From NCBI GenBank assembly GCA_002269645.1, contig NIVC01002212.1:13784-77783 (forward strand): a stretch of DNA of 64,000 nucleotides. The letters are read 5' to 3'. How positions within the stretch are numbered: the first letter of the stretch is position 1; the number at the start of each line of letters is the position of its first letter. Under the pieces are notes generated by a model, which saw nothing but the letters and a program-made list of their open reading frames with translations, made no database searches and was not told the origin of the DNA. A program made the translations under genes and the position numbers. Source of the stretch: Macrostomum lignano (lineage: Eukaryota). Below are positions 62,787-64,000 of this stretch, one piece after another.

Positions 62787-64000
62787 TTTGATAACAGCTG
62801 ACAGGCTTATTTGCATAGAGCGATGCTATGAGAATGAATTCAGTCAGTCAGTTTAAGGCAGAAAGCTGGAAGCTCTCTGCCTCTGCCTACCCTTCAACTG
62901 AATCGAGTGAACTCGCAGTGCCTGAAGTGCCCGAAGTTGGTTCTACATGTACGTATATATACTGTTTTGGCAAACTGGATTACAAAAAGGTACGGCTCAT
63001 ATATTACAGTATGGCTCAGCGCATAAGGCTCAGCCTCCGATCATTTACTAATTATTTAATGTCGCGAAAGGGGACTCTCAGTCCCCAACATCCTGCATGG
63101 TATTTAGGGGGCCTAGGGTCTTGGCCTTGGGGCCTTCGACAAGTGACTGCCGCAATTTGACTGGGGACTATGAACTCTAAACATTGGCACCTCAAGATTA
63201 GAGCGGCGGCACTCGAACCAAAATAATGTTGAAGGACTACAGAATACATGTATATCATAGAATAGAGAGAAGCTAGTTCATTTAGACATTTTTTATTCTC
63301 AATCCCCAATTTTCATTTTCATTTTTTTTCTAAACCTCAATCCCCGATTGTTAATTCCCTTATATCCCTGATTCCTAATGTTGAAATCCGAATCCAGCTG
63401 GTTGATATCCCTCAGAGGGGAATGATGAGGGGAGGCTTCTGAGGACCGAGTTGCTGCTTTAGCTATATACGCTCGTACATCTTTAGAAATATGATCCTGT
63501 TTTAGGAGTAGAGTAGAAATATGTGAGAGCAGAGTGGAGACAGAAAATAGTAGGGGAAGTTTAGGGGATATAGGGCATTGGCAACTTCCAACTTTTACGA
63601 GAAACTTGTGTAAGACTGGTCGGGTCAGGTATCATATTCTTAAGTTGAATATGACGTAAGTTGGAACTGGGGCACCTTTTACGAAATGTTTGAAAGCTGC
63701 CTGCAGCTACATGTATACGAGATCATAGAACAGAGAGAAGCTAGCTCATTTAGCCCAACCTCAAGAGCCAGAATTCCGAGTGGCAGTCGAAAAATTCTGC
63801 CCAGCCACTGAAACCATCAGTTCTGCGGCGCGCCAAGGGAGCCGACAAAATGATGATCATCGCATGCTAACGACAGTTATTGGCATTATCTCTAATCCAC
63901 CGCATTCCTGAGGGCCAAAACATCAACGACCAAAAAGTTTTATCGGAGCTTCAATAACGCACCATGCTTCGGCCTGCCTTGCGCAAAAAGCGGCCAGCAC

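Noticed and set aside
930-62856. Long periodic ORFs over minisatellites (e.g. [37 protein letters not shown])
   Set aside because: They are translations of tandem DNA repeats, open in several frames and both strands, with no splice or domain support.

Overview
Animal genomic DNA with spliced genes, intronic minisatellites and nested transposons. The NPF gene, GC-rich exons and repeat-filled introns suggest a free-living flatworm such as Macrostomum, but this is inference only. Four host genes can be rebuilt exon by exon with consistent splice phases: a minus-strand Dbl-homology RhoGEF with no visible PH domain (1298-5386), a secreted PAN/apple-like plus F-type lectin protein (21371-22310), an eIF4G-family gene (MIF4G-MA3-W2, 22698-33811) and a neuropeptide F/Y precursor (42429-43155). 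The most striking feature is that the eIF4G MA3 module is tandemly amplified to six copies (1345-1441 bp units, 23390-31917). Frame and splice sites are preserved, which predicts a protein of at least 2100 aa with six MA3 domains. The right half holds a TTAA-flanked piggyBac derivative (47665-56861) with long subterminal inverted repeats. Nested inside it are a Bel/Pao LTR retrotransposon (49500-55835, 5-bp TSD) and a ~320-bp inverted repeat whose arms each carry a minimal type-I hammerhead ribozyme motif. There are also two Gypsy remnants, three RTE-like LINE fragments and more than a dozen unrelated tandem repeats, including a ~3-kb array of a 16-bp unit with a telomere-like core. All calls come from manual reading; no searches were run.
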